The position numbers were made by a program, and so were the translations under genes. Positions 9,888 through 19,076 of a stretch of DNA of 50,104 bases are shown piece by piece (the first letter of the stretch is position 1; each line of letters starts with the position of its first letter). This stretch comes from a virus (Duplodnaviria; Caudoviricetes). The notes under the pieces were generated by a model that was given only the letters and a program-made list of their open reading frames with translations, was not told the DNA's origin and did not search any database. The stretch covers positions 1-50,104 of IMG/VR virus record IMGVR_UViG_3300030045_000003. The stretch is one strand, 5' to 3'.

Positions 9888-10502
9888 TTACAGTTGAACG
9901 ACGGCGCAGGCGTTGCCGGAATTGACCCAGGTCGCGACACCCGTGGTGGAGTTGTACGACACCGTCTTGCAGCCCGAGGTCTGCACCGACAGGATGCGGA
10001 TCGGCAGGGCAGCGACCGAGTCATAGGCCACGATCTTCTGGTTCGTGTAGTCCCAGGAGACTTGCTGCGTGATCAGGCCACCATCCAGCGAAATCAGCGT
10101 CGGGTCGATGGCGAGCACGATCCGCGCGCCGGCCGAACCGTTCAGGCGGTAGAAGTTGACCTGCCCGCCCAGCAGCGTCACCGGAACCGGCGACTGCGGC
10201 GAACTGATCGCGGCGCCATTCTGGTCGAACACCGTGAAGCCCGTCAGGTTGGCCTGCGCCGTGGCGCGCCCGACCGGGTTGCCGCGCACGTCCAGGCCAC
10301 CCGTAGCGATGTTCTCGCTGATGCCGACGCCGCCGAACATGGCGAGCGTTTCGGTCGATGCCAGCGTGCCGCCCGCCAGGCGGTAGCGGCCCACCGGATC
10401 ATCGAAGGCCACGCCCTGGATGAGGCCGGTGGCCGTGACATCGAACAGGCCCGCGAAATTGGTCGTCGCTGCGGGGGTGAAGGCGACTGCGGTGGCGGTC
10501 AT
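9888..10502 (-). CDS. Capsid decoration/cement protein
   Basis: 204 aa, Gly/Thr-rich, immediately upstream of the major capsid gene. Confidence 0.7.
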   Translation of the reverse strand: MTATAVAFTPAATTNFAGLFDVTATGLIQGVAFDDPVGRYRLAGGTLASTETLAMFGGVGISENIATGGLDVRGNPVGRATAQANLTGFTVFDQNGAAISSPQSPVPVTLLGGQVNFYRLNGSAGARIVLAIDPTLISLDGGLITQQVSWDYTNQKIVAYDSVAALPIRILSVQTSGCKTVSYNSTTGVATWVNSGNACAVVQL

Positions 10503-12233
10503 TTAGATGCTTTCCTTTTGCTTGCGGTGGAAACCGCCCTTGGCGAGTTGGGCCGGGGCCTTGAACTCCTCGTACCACGCGCCGGGACGGCCGGCGTAGG
10601 TGGTCACGTTGTGGCCGGTGTCCGGGTCGATGCGGCGGATCGCGCGCAGACCGTCGCCGGAAGGCTGGCCGATCAGGTTCGAGGCCGCGGCAGCGTCGGC
10701 GTAGATTGCGGCTTCGGCCATGTCGAAGGCCACGGAATCCTTGATCGCCGACAGGTCGGACTTCGCCCAGGTCTTGGAGTGCGGCTGCATCTTGCGCAGC
10801 AGGCGCACGCGGTAGGCCATCGGCGTCTCGCCGTCCATCGGACGCGGCGCCGAGACCGAGTGCATCTGGTACACGCTGTCGGCCTTGGCTTGCGCATCGG
10901 CCATCACTTCGGGGTCGGCATCGCACTTCATCGCGGCGTCCTTCTTGGCTTGTTCTTCCTTCTCGAAAGCATCCTTCTTCGCTTCCGCCTCGGCCTTCTC
11001 GTCGGCGTCCTTCTTGGCGTCGAGCTTGGCCTTTTCTTCCTTTTCCTCGGCGTCTTTCTTCGCCTCGGCTTCCTTCTCGTCGGCATCCTTCTTCGAATCG
11101 CCGGCCAACGTTGCGGCGGGCATGTTCTTTTCGAAGGCGTCGAAGCGGGAGGTCACGCTGTCCAGGCGGGCCGCGAAGCCGCTGCTCATGGCCGCAATGG
11201 CCTCCATGACGGTGGAGAGCGAAGCGCCGGCCGGGTCATTCCCGGAGGCTGCGGTCGCGACTTGATCGGGCATGCTTTGTACCTCTTTCAGTTGAACGCC
11301 CATCGGCGGGCCACCTTTGTCCCACACGCCCAATTCGCATACCGCGAGGTGGTCTAGTAGAACCGGATTGCCCTCTATCAGTAGGGGCGCGTCATCGTTG
11401 AGCGGGACTTTAACATTCCCGCTGGATTTCACAAATACGAATCCGGGAGACGTGCTCAATTGCAGCTCCGTCATTTCCCGGGCTGCGTCCATATCGAGGA
11501 TTCGGGCGATGCCCCAGGCGTCCGCGCCGTTGATGTACGGCATGACGATGGTGCCGACGTTGGACTCCCGATAGGACTTGGTGTCCAGCATGCTTTTCTC
11601 GGGGTGCAGCCACACCACCGGCAGGCCGTTGCAGCGCTCCAGGAACTCGGGCGTCAGCACCAGGGATTCATCGCGCCAAGCGTATTCGGCCTCGATCTTC
11701 TCGCCGTTCTCGTCCTCGCGTTCCTTGCGGTAGGCGATGCCCGTGCCGGTGATGCGCAGGGCGAAGTAGACCGAATTCCCGAACGCCTGCGGGCTGGGCA
11801 GGTCGCCGTCGCGGATCAGCTTTGCGAGGTCGGTTTCAGTGTGGGCGGCGGCGATTCGGAAAGCTCGGTCGATTCCGGGATGGAGCGGGGCCGGCGCTTC
11901 TTCGGGGCGGCACCAGGCGTATCCGGTGCTTTCGTCGCACAGCGTGACCTCGAACTTTGCCACTCCTTTGGCAACGAACGTAACAAATCCCTCAGCCTCA
12001 TGAAGGCGTTCCAGCCCGCCCTCGAAGGCTATTCCTGTTTCTTCAAAAAGCTCGCGGATAGCGGCTTCTTGAGGGGATTCTCCGACTTCAATTTTTCCGG
12101 CGGGGAATGCCCACGCCCCGGGGAAGTCTCCGCCATCACCCCTCCTTAGGAGTAGAGTCTCGCCATCGTCCGAGACGAGCATGATCCCGGCCGCATGAGC
12201 GCCAGTTTGATTTGGGTTACCTTGCTCATCCAT
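10503..12233 (-). CDS. Nudix hydrolase domain fused to DUF2213-like prohead protease/scaffold
   Basis: Nudix box GKIEVGESPQEAAIRELFEETG; central LLDHLAVCELGVWDK motif; charged KKDA-repeat scaffold tail. Confidence 0.8.
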   Translation of the reverse strand: MDEQGNPNQTGAHAAGIMLVSDDGETLLLRRGDGGDFPGAWAFPAGKIEVGESPQEAAIRELFEETGIAFEGGLERLHEAEGFVTFVAKGVAKFEVTLCDESTGYAWCRPEEAPAPLHPGIDRAFRIAAAHTETDLAKLIRDGDLPSPQAFGNSVYFALRITGTGIAYRKEREDENGEKIEAEYAWRDESLVLTPEFLERCNGLPVVWLHPEKSMLDTKSYRESNVGTIVMPYINGADAWGIARILDMDAAREMTELQLSTSPGFVFVKSSGNVKVPLNDDAPLLIEGNPVLLDHLAVCELGVWDKGGPPMGVQLKEVQSMPDQVATAASGNDPAGASLSTVMEAIAAMSSGFAARLDSVTSRFDAFEKNMPAATLAGDSKKDADEKEAEAKKDAEEKEEKAKLDAKKDADEKAEAEAKKDAFEKEEQAKKDAAMKCDADPEVMADAQAKADSVYQMHSVSAPRPMDGETPMAYRVRLLRKMQPHSKTWAKSDLSAIKDSVAFDMAEAAIYADAAAASNLIGQPSGDGLRAIRRIDPDTGHNVTTYAGRPGAWYEEFKAPAQLAKGGFHRKQKESI

Positions 12234-12752
12234 TTACGGAAGTGTAGGCGATTGCCTTCGAACTTCCCAGTGCGCCCGAATCGACTCTGATATTTTGGCC
12301 CTCGTCTCGTCGGAGACGGCACGCCTGGCTAGAGCCGCCTTCTGCATTTTGGATTTTGTTTCCTGGGTGTTCTTTCTACCCCGATGTGTCGCCGAAGCTC
12401 TTTCTATTGCCTCTGGGGTTCTTCGCTTTCCCCTGTTCTTTTCGGCAATCCTCTTGAGGGTCTCAGGGGCCAACCTAACCGCACCGTCACCACCATCGGT
12501 TAGGTTTACCAATGGCCCATCCCCCAGGTCTCTCCGGCCATAGAGCGCGATCAATTCGCACTCAAGTTCACAGGCATACCATTCCTGAACGTCGGACACC
12601 ACAATTTCCACGAAGTATCCGTGCTTATCGACCACAGAGCGCCACCAGTCGCTTCTGTTATGCCTTGATCGGGCGCGCTTTCCCTTGCCCTTCCCGACAT
12701 AGAAGGGCTCGCCATCCGTGGCGCGTCGATGCAGATACACGTAGTGCATCAC
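12234..12752 (-). CDS. Free-standing homing endonuclease (GIY-YIG-like, NUMOD3)
   Basis: YVYLHRR...PFYVGKG...R, LVNLTDGGDG, ETRAKISES motifs; lower GC than flanks. Confidence 0.8.
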   Translation of the reverse strand: MMHYVYLHRRATDGEPFYVGKGKGKRARSRHNRSDWWRSVVDKHGYFVEIVVSDVQEWYACELECELIALYGRRDLGDGPLVNLTDGGDGAVRLAPETLKRIAEKNRGKRRTPEAIERASATHRGRKNTQETKSKMQKAALARRAVSDETRAKISESIRAHWEVRRQSPTLP

Positions 12753-13570
12753 GCCATTCTAGTCGGCGTGGCGTACATGCCCTTCTGGGTCAGCATGTCG
12801 GGCGGCAGCTTGCTCAGGGTGAACAGGTATTGCGCGTGGCAGGAACAAAACGGTTCCTCGCCGACAGACGTGACGGTGTCGTAGTAGCCGTTCGGGCCGG
12901 GCTTCATGTAGCCTTCTTCGATGGCCCAGGTGCCGCGAATGGCATAGACCTTTTCATCGCGCGCCTTGTGGTCTGGGCGGAAATCGTAGCCGGGCCGGCG
13001 CCACGGGGAATGCCACACCAGCGCGATGGCGCCACCCTCCACCGCCGTGATGTCGCGGATCGCAGCCACCAGCTTGGCCGACTGATCGATGATCACGCGC
13101 CGCTCGACAAACGGCATCTTGGCAATGGACTTGCGGATGTCGTCTTTCTCTGCCTTCACGTCCACGGCGCGCGAGCCGCCCGGGTTGATCGACGTCGCCC
13201 AGCCCTGGAACCGGCGTAGGGTCGAACTCACGGCCTCCTGACGGTTCAGGCTGATCAGGTTCGCGCTCGCCATGATCCGCCGATCCAGTTCCTTGCGCAG
13301 CTTCGGCTTGATCTTCGCCAGCGTGAAGCGCGACACCTCGGGCATCGAGTTCAGCACCTGCCCCTTCGTGACCAGGTGCTTGTAGCGGTCACCCAGGACG
13401 CGCTTAAGTTCGCGCTCCGTTTCCTCGGGCGTCTTCAGTTGCTTGAGCGCAGCCACGCGAATGCGCGACACCCAGCGGTCAAGATCGGCCTGCGACGTGA
13501 AGCCGAACTCCTGGAAGTGCTGGATTGCAGCGGTGACTTCCTGAAAGAAGGTCGGCGCCTTAGTCGCCAT
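12749..13570 (-). CDS. Head morphogenesis (Mu gpF/SPP1 gp7-like) protein
   Basis: Start MATKAPTFF (ATG 13570); RPDHKARD and EEPFCSC motifs; follows the portal. Confidence 0.75.
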   Translation of the reverse strand: MATKAPTFFQEVTAAIQHFQEFGFTSQADLDRWVSRIRVAALKQLKTPEETERELKRVLGDRYKHLVTKGQVLNSMPEVSRFTLAKIKPKLRKELDRRIMASANLISLNRQEAVSSTLRRFQGWATSINPGGSRAVDVKAEKDDIRKSIAKMPFVERRVIIDQSAKLVAAIRDITAVEGGAIALVWHSPWRRPGYDFRPDHKARDEKVYAIRGTWAIEEGYMKPGPNGYYDTVTSVGEEPFCSCHAQYLFTLSKLPPDMLTQKGMYATPTRMA

Positions 13571-14996
13571 CCTTGCCGCCCTTGTCGTCGCCGCCGCCGA
13601 ATCCGCCAGCCTCGGTCTGCGGGGGCTCATAGGCCGCGAGCGCGTCCTGATCGATGATCAGCATTGCCGAGAACAGCTCGGGCATGTCGTTGATGACTTC
13701 AGTTCCCCACGCGATCAGCGATGCCTTGTTGGTCGGATCGAGCATCGGCGCCACGGTCGCCAGGAGCTTCTGAACCGCGTCCAGCTTCTTGGCGTTGCGC
13801 TCCGTCTTGACCGATTCTTCTTCCTTGATCAAGTCGGGCCACTTCGCCTCGAACAGCGCGCACGTCTCGAAGAACCACGTTTTGTAGTCCTTCCCGGCCA
13901 GCGCTTCCGGGTAGGTCGTCTGCAGCGCCGCGTAAAAGTCGGCATTCCAGGCCCGGTGCATCGTGATCTTGTCGAAGAACTCGTACAGCGGGTTCGTCTG
14001 CGTGCGGATGGCGCTGATCGTCTGCACCACGGCCATCATGTCTTGGTCACCGCTCGCCAGCCCCTTGGCGAAGCTCTCGTCTTTGATCAGGATGGCCGGC
14101 ACGTCCGTCGCCGCGGCGATGTCGCTGATGATGTTGTCGCGCGCCATGGTCAGCGCGCCGTCGATGTTTTGAAGGTTCAGCGACTCGATGCTGTCGTTTT
14201 GGCCGATGCTCAGGACGTTGCCGTTGCCGCCCTCCTTCAGCAGATTGCGCTTGCGGCCGGTGGCGAAGTCCATGAGGTTGGACACGATGCTGCCGTTTTG
14301 CTGCACCTTCTCGATCAGCAGGCCCGCCTTCGCCGCCACCATGTCGTTTTGGATCATGGTGTTGATGAACGACTTCATTGGGTACAGCGCGCGCAGAAAG
14401 ATCGACCGGCCCGAGAAGCTGAAACTCGACGACTGATAGTCCAGGTAGACCGGCGTCCCGTGGAACACCGTGCGCGTGCGGCTGGCGTGATAGGGCTGAC
14501 CCGCAGCCGTGATTTCCTGGGCGTGCTTCTGGAAGTCGGGCGCGTTCGGATTCTGGTTCGTGATGATCGACCCGGACAGGTTCAGCGGGTCGTAGACGTT
14601 GAAATACAGGTCGGGCCGACTCGCCTGCGCGAACAGGTCGATTGGCACGTCTGTCGGCACGTCGGGCAAACCCACGGCCACGGCGCCGGCACCGTAGGCG
14701 CGCGACAGGTGCATCACGTCGCGGACATGGTTGTCCACGCCCATCGCCTCATGCTCGTCGGTGAACGCCTTCACCAGCACTTCTTCCAGCGCACCGGGGA
14801 CGTTGATCTTGCGCGGCTCGCCGATGGCGAGTGCCACGGGCTTCTCGACGATCTTTCCACCCAGGACGTGACACGTCCAAAGCAACTTGCAGGTGGAGTA
14901 GCCTGGGATCGAACCCGGCACGATTTCGTCGGCGCAGAGGATGTCCATCAACCCGGAGGTCAGGCCGGCCGACGTGGAGAGGGTGATCATGCTCAT
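13560..14996 (-). CDS. Portal protein (DUF1073-like)
   Basis: 478 aa directly after terL. Confidence 0.85.
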   Translation of the reverse strand: MSMITLSTSAGLTSGLMDILCADEIVPGSIPGYSTCKLLWTCHVLGGKIVEKPVALAIGEPRKINVPGALEEVLVKAFTDEHEAMGVDNHVRDVMHLSRAYGAGAVAVGLPDVPTDVPIDLFAQASRPDLYFNVYDPLNLSGSIITNQNPNAPDFQKHAQEITAAGQPYHASRTRTVFHGTPVYLDYQSSSFSFSGRSIFLRALYPMKSFINTMIQNDMVAAKAGLLIEKVQQNGSIVSNLMDFATGRKRNLLKEGGNGNVLSIGQNDSIESLNLQNIDGALTMARDNIISDIAAATDVPAILIKDESFAKGLASGDQDMMAVVQTISAIRTQTNPLYEFFDKITMHRAWNADFYAALQTTYPEALAGKDYKTWFFETCALFEAKWPDLIKEEESVKTERNAKKLDAVQKLLATVAPMLDPTNKASLIAWGTEVINDMPELFSAMLIIDQDALAAYEPPQTEAGGFGGGDDKGGKDGD

Positions 14997-15011
14997 GCGT
15001 GGATTCTCGCA

Positions 15012-16325
15012 CTAGTGGCCCGCACCGTCACCCAGACCCAGCGAGACGCCGTAAACGTAGGTGTCGTACAGGTCGTCAGGGCGCTTGGCGGAGTCCGGGT
15101 CGCCGATGCGGTAGCCCATGACCTGGGACACCAGGTGATTCTTCGTGACGCCCTTGTAGCGCACCGTCTTGTCGTAGGCGTAGGCGCTGATCCCGATTTC
15201 GCCCCGGAAGTGCGGCCCCGAGGCCATGAAGCCGCGACCATCCTTGCCCGCGCTCACAAGGTCTGTATCGATCGGCACGGCGCGCCAGCCGCGCCTATGC
15301 GCCTGCTGAAGCAGGATCGTGCCTGATGCCTTGTCCTCGATGAATGGCGGCATGGCACCTTGCCGCGCCCCGGTGGCCTCGCCCAGTTCCTTCAGCCGGG
15401 CGTACACGGTCGGAAGCCATTCCTCCAGGATCGCGCCCTTGATCTGAATGATGTCCCAGTCCAGGATCGTCAGCTTGCGCTGGCCCGGCGGCGGGTGACG
15501 CTGCAGCGCGTAGAAGGTCACCGCCGTGCCGTCATGCTCCAGGCCGTCCTTGACCGCCGAATCGATGACCGCAAACACGGTGTCGCATTTCTTCGGGTAC
15601 GGGAAGGCTTGGCCTTTCTCGTCAAGCCACTTGTCCAGCGCGAAGAACGCTTTGCCGCGCCAGTCGATGAACACAGCCTCGTATTCCTGGGCGTGGACGT
15701 CGGGATCGGTCTTGTCGCGCAGGTCAGCCAGCGCCTCGGCGTTCAGGTGCGGGTTCAGGTGCGTGGGGATGTGGAACTCGGTGAACCCCTGGCTTGGATC
15801 GGTGCAAATCAGGTAGAACCACGATTCCTCGCTTGCCCCCTTGGGGGTGCCAGCCACGTAGCACGATCCACCCGTGTCCAGCAAAGTCGGCTCAATGGCC
15901 TGCTGGAAAATCTCTTTCAGGCCCTTGAGGACTAGGCCGGCCTCGTCGATGATGACCCGGTGATAGTGGCGCGAGCGGCCGGCGTCCGGGTTGTTCAGCG
16001 TCCAGAATTCAATCGACCCGCCGCCCTCAAGCTCAATGATGCCGTCCGTTCGACTGGCGCTGATCACGAGGTCTTTGACCCGCTTCAGGATTCGCTTGTA
16101 GGACGGAAGCAGCAGCTTGTAATCCGGGGCGAACCATCCGACAAGCTCGCCCTTGATGGCCCAGTTCGCGGCCATCTCCTCAAGCATAGTGGTTTTCCCG
16201 TAGCGCCGCCCCGCCCGCAGGACGATCCGCGCTCGCTTCTGCCCCTTGATCGCCCGATAGATCCTCGCCTGGTCTGCGTGGAACTTGATGAACTGGACGC
16301 GCGTTTCAGCAGCCATCCGGGCCAT
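15012..16325 (-). CDS. terL: Terminase large subunit
   Basis: Walker A AGRRYGKT, Walker B VIIDEAG, GTP coupling motif, nuclease motifs IDSA and DDLYD. Confidence 0.95.
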   Translation of the reverse strand: MARMAAETRVQFIKFHADQARIYRAIKGQKRARIVLRAGRRYGKTTMLEEMAANWAIKGELVGWFAPDYKLLLPSYKRILKRVKDLVISASRTDGIIELEGGGSIEFWTLNNPDAGRSRHYHRVIIDEAGLVLKGLKEIFQQAIEPTLLDTGGSCYVAGTPKGASEESWFYLICTDPSQGFTEFHIPTHLNPHLNAEALADLRDKTDPDVHAQEYEAVFIDWRGKAFFALDKWLDEKGQAFPYPKKCDTVFAVIDSAVKDGLEHDGTAVTFYALQRHPPPGQRKLTILDWDIIQIKGAILEEWLPTVYARLKELGEATGARQGAMPPFIEDKASGTILLQQAHRRGWRAVPIDTDLVSAGKDGRGFMASGPHFRGEIGISAYAYDKTVRYKGVTKNHLVSQVMGYRIGDPDSAKRPDDLYDTYVYGVSLGLGDGAGH

Positions 16326-16845
16326 CGATCACGATCACTTTGCGCTCCGGGGCGGCGTTGGCAGCCTCGGCGGCCATGCGGTCTTGGCTGGCCTTCAGCA
16401 GCGTGGAAGGGATCACCATCGCGTCATTACCCGCCTGCGTCATCGCCCTGAAAGCGCGGACGGCATCCTTTGATCGCTCGTCCTTGAACGGGTTCGCATC
16501 ATCAATGAACTGCTTCTGCTCCGATGCAAGGTTATGCATGTGCATCGAGTTCCTGGCGGCGATGTCGGCCGTCTGGAGGTAAATATCCTCCAGAACCGAT
16601 AACCGATCCCTGACGGAAATAACGTGCACCCTGTCGGAAACCGGGATCGCCTTGAAAGCTCGCTCCGAGCTAACCATTTGATTTGCAACGTCTTTTACAG
16701 CGGCCACCCGGGCACTGATCTTTTCCGACATGGCCGCTCTGCTCACCTGGAACTCGGCTGACAGCTTATTGATGCTCTCGCCCGCGAGGTGCCTGCGGAT
16801 CACCTCGTCCCACTGCTTGTCGGATAGTTTGCTTGGTCGGCCCAT
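16306..16845 (-). CDS. terS: Terminase small subunit
   Basis: MGRPSKL start with HTH, directly upstream of and overlapping terL. Confidence 0.75.
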   Translation of the reverse strand: MGRPSKLSDKQWDEVIRRHLAGESINKLSAEFQVSRAAMSEKISARVAAVKDVANQMVSSERAFKAIPVSDRVHVISVRDRLSVLEDIYLQTADIAARNSMHMHNLASEQKQFIDDANPFKDERSKDAVRAFRAMTQAGNDAMVIPSTLLKASQDRMAAEAANAAPERKVIVIDGPDGC

Positions 16846-16883
16846 GAGGGGATTCTATGGCCGAGCGGCGGCATGCGCCATGA

Positions 16884-17007
16884 TCTTGACCTCCCCGATC
16901 CTGCGGGGGAAACGCTTCCGGCTTTCGCCTCGGACTGGATTCGAACCAGTCTCTCGCCCACCAGGGTCTCGGTCAACGAGCGGGAATCGAACCCGCATGC
17001 TCAGTTG
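16884..17007 (-). ncRNA. Structured RNA segment with two T-arm-like hairpins (not a complete tRNA)
   Basis: GCGGG-TTCGATT-CCCGC and GACTGG-TTCGAAT-CCAGTC, plus GGC-GAAA-GCC, with an outer TTGACC/GGTCAA stem. Confidence 0.4.
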
Positions 17008-17215
17008 GCGTCAGATTCGACACCGGAATGATCCACTCCCAGCGATCCAGGCAGACAATCCCTCGTCGAGCGTGAGGTGCCGTCCCGCCGATGAAGCACC
17101 ACGTAAGCACTGGGTGATATTCATGGCGACGATGATGCCAGCGGCTCCGGCTTGCGCGGATTGCTCGCGCGGCCATCCCGGCCGCGGCCCGGCGCTTGTG
17201 CTGGCGGAGGTTCAT
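16973..17215 (-). CDS. Small hypothetical protein
   Basis: ATGA overlap with the upstream NinX-like stop; 80 aa, basic. Confidence 0.4.
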   Translation of the reverse strand: MNLRQHKRRAAAGMAARAIRASRSRWHHRRHEYHPVLTWCFIGGTAPHARRGIVCLDRWEWIIPVSNLTPTEHAGSIPAR

Positions 17216-17685
17216 GGCAACTCGATGGTTTCGCCAAACCGGCTGGCGACGTAGGCGCGCATGGCGGCGATGAGGGGCGTCTGGCCGGTAACTATGGGCT
17301 TTGATTTCTCACACGGGATAAGCCCCTCCCATTCCGTTTCGGCATCAACGCCGGAAAACCATTCCACGGTTGTGCGAATCCATCGCCCATCGATCCGCTC
17401 CGCCGGGGCGCCCTGGTGAAGCGCAATCCACTCCCGCTCGATGATTGGCCCACCAATGGCCCAAACAGTCGATGGCGAGTAGTACTGCGGGTCTTGGCGC
17501 ATCGGGTTGTTCGGGCGCAGCATGCAGTAAGACTTGCCGTCATCCTCCCTCAGAAACCACCCCGAAAACGTCGGGTCGAGCGTCAGCGTGGGGTAGTGCT
17601 CGTGCGCGGTCTTCCACTCGCCGCATTCAGCGACGGCGGCGTCCAGCAGGGCGCCGGTCAGGTCTGCTACTCGGTAGGTTGTCAT
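17212..17685 (-). CDS. NinX/DUF2591-family protein
   Basis: MTTYRVADLTGALLDAAVA, YSPST.WA.GGPIIERE and TPLIAAMRAYVAS motifs; RBS GAGAGAG. Confidence 0.8.
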   Translation of the reverse strand: MTTYRVADLTGALLDAAVAECGEWKTAHEHYPTLTLDPTFSGWFLREDDGKSYCMLRPNNPMRQDPQYYSPSTVWAIGGPIIEREWIALHQGAPAERIDGRWIRTTVEWFSGVDAETEWEGLIPCEKSKPIVTGQTPLIAAMRAYVASRFGETIELP

Positions 17686-17707
17686 CGTTGTCTCTCTCGT
17701 TTGAAGG

Positions 17708-17789
17708 GGGTGAGTCCTGGTGGAGTCGAACCACCCGCGCCATTCAGCTTTCGCTGGTGCCCGGCGTCCCACGTCCGGAAGACTCACCC
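17708..17789 (-). ncRNA. tRNA-like cloverleaf RNA lacking anticodon loop and CCA
   Basis: 11-bp closing stem GGGTGAGTCTT/AGGACTCACCC, CCGG..CCGG arm, CAGC-GAAA-GCTG arm, GGTGG-TTCGACT-CCACC T-arm. Confidence 0.5.
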
Positions 17790-18043
17790 TCAAGTCTGGA
17801 ACCCATCCCGATAGGGGATTTCGTCTCGCTGCTGGCTGCTCAGCACTTAGGCGCCTACGTTGGGTGCTTAGCAGCGTTCGCCGTCTAGAGCCCCAGACTT
17901 GAAGGCCCCGTCTCTCCGGGGTGTCACTGACGCTAGTTAGGTCGGCGAGTTCTCTGCTGGCCTATCTCGCTTTTCAGTCCAGCAGCCCCTTCGCGCTCAG
18001 TGATTGCAGTATCGGTGATCCGATAGTACAGGTCAAGCGGTCT

Positions 18044-18523
18044 TTACAAAATGCCGTCGCGCTGAAGGATTCCCAGGCTGCGCAGGTGGCCCAGCATCCA
18101 ATCGATGTCCAGTTCATCGCGCGTCATGCCGCCCACCCCGGTCATCTGGTCGAAGGCGGCATCGCAGGAGGTACAGGCATAGGCCCCCATCAGGTCATCG
18201 GCCTTGGTGCCCATGCCGCGGCCACCTTCGCCCAGGCGCGCGCCCCAGCGAGCGTGCGACCAGATGGTCTTGGTGGGATCGTGCGAGCAAATGCCGACGT
18301 AGCGCACCTGACAGGGCTTGCCGCGCGCGCTCTCGCGAATGCGCCGGCCGCGCGCCTCTACCGCGTGCAGCGATGCCGGAACTCGTGCACTCGGCGATGC
18401 GCGGAATGCGTCCGGGTGATGCGCGATGGCTTCGGCCAGGCCGATGGACGGCGCTGGCGTGCGCGGCGTAATGGCGCCCTCCATGACCTTCTGCGGCCGG
18501 CGCTCGGCTTTGTTCCAGGTCAT
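18044..18523 (-). CDS. DUF1364/YbcO-like Zn-binding nuclease-domain protein
   Basis: SARGKPCQVR..GIC...H...GMGTKADD..GAYACTSC motif. Confidence 0.75.
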   Translation of the reverse strand: MTWNKAERRPQKVMEGAITPRTPAPSIGLAEAIAHHPDAFRASPSARVPASLHAVEARGRRIRESARGKPCQVRYVGICSHDPTKTIWSHARWGARLGEGGRGMGTKADDLMGAYACTSCDAAFDQMTGVGGMTRDELDIDWMLGHLRSLGILQRDGIL

Positions 18524-18671
18524 CCGATTTCCCGAGCGCGCATCTCGCGGGCAATCGCCTGCGCGCGCCGGATCAGCTTGCGGCGCCGAAAGAACGCCCA
18601 CCACGGCAGGATGTCATGCGCGCGCAGGAGGGCGACAGCCACGCGAGCGTTCTCGAAGTCTCGGACGGTCA

Positions 18672-19076
18672 TCATTGCGCCACCTCACTGGATTCGATGC
18701 TATTCATCGCCATGAAGGCGAGCGTGTATTCGATCAGGCTGGCTGTGCGCCGAACGCTCATGAGCGCGGTCGATTCGCGCAGGTTCACTAACTCGCCTTC
18801 CAGGCCCGGAACGATGTCGTGTTCTTCCTTGGTTGCGAAGGCGTGTCCCGACACCAGCAAATTCTTCCACTGCAGCAGTGTGCGCGGCTTGCCGGCCCAG
18901 TGCAATCCGCTCTTTGCGATGTCGCCGCAGCAGGCGTGAAACTTTGCGTTCGCCAATTGCGTTCGAGACGGCGCGCTAATCGTCACTGCGTACCCGTCTG
19001 GTGCAGACCTGACGGCCTCGGATGCGCGCTGGCGCGCAACAGCGTGCGCCAGCACAAATATTTTTCTATCTGACAC
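18672..19076 (-). CDS. ninB: NinB-family recombination protein
   Basis: RT..ANAKFHA...DIAK...W.G......WK.L, VPGLEGELVNLRESTALMS..LIEY motifs. Confidence 0.85.
   Translation of the reverse strand: MSDRKIFVLAHAVARQRASEAVRSAPDGYAVTISAPSRTQLANAKFHACCGDIAKSGLHWAGKPRTLLQWKNLLVSGHAFATKEEHDIVPGLEGELVNLRESTALMSVRRTASLIEYTLAFMAMNSIESSEVAQ

Noticed and set aside
157-16582. Long plus-strand ORFs opposite the structural genes (e.g. 9279-11357, 4461-6197)
   Set aside because: Antisense shadow ORFs typical of high-GC coding DNA; no RBS or recognisable motifs.
16930-17790. Canonical tRNA genes
   Set aside because: Three T-arm motifs are present, but none has a 7-bp acceptor plus D-arm, 7-nt anticodon loop and CCA.
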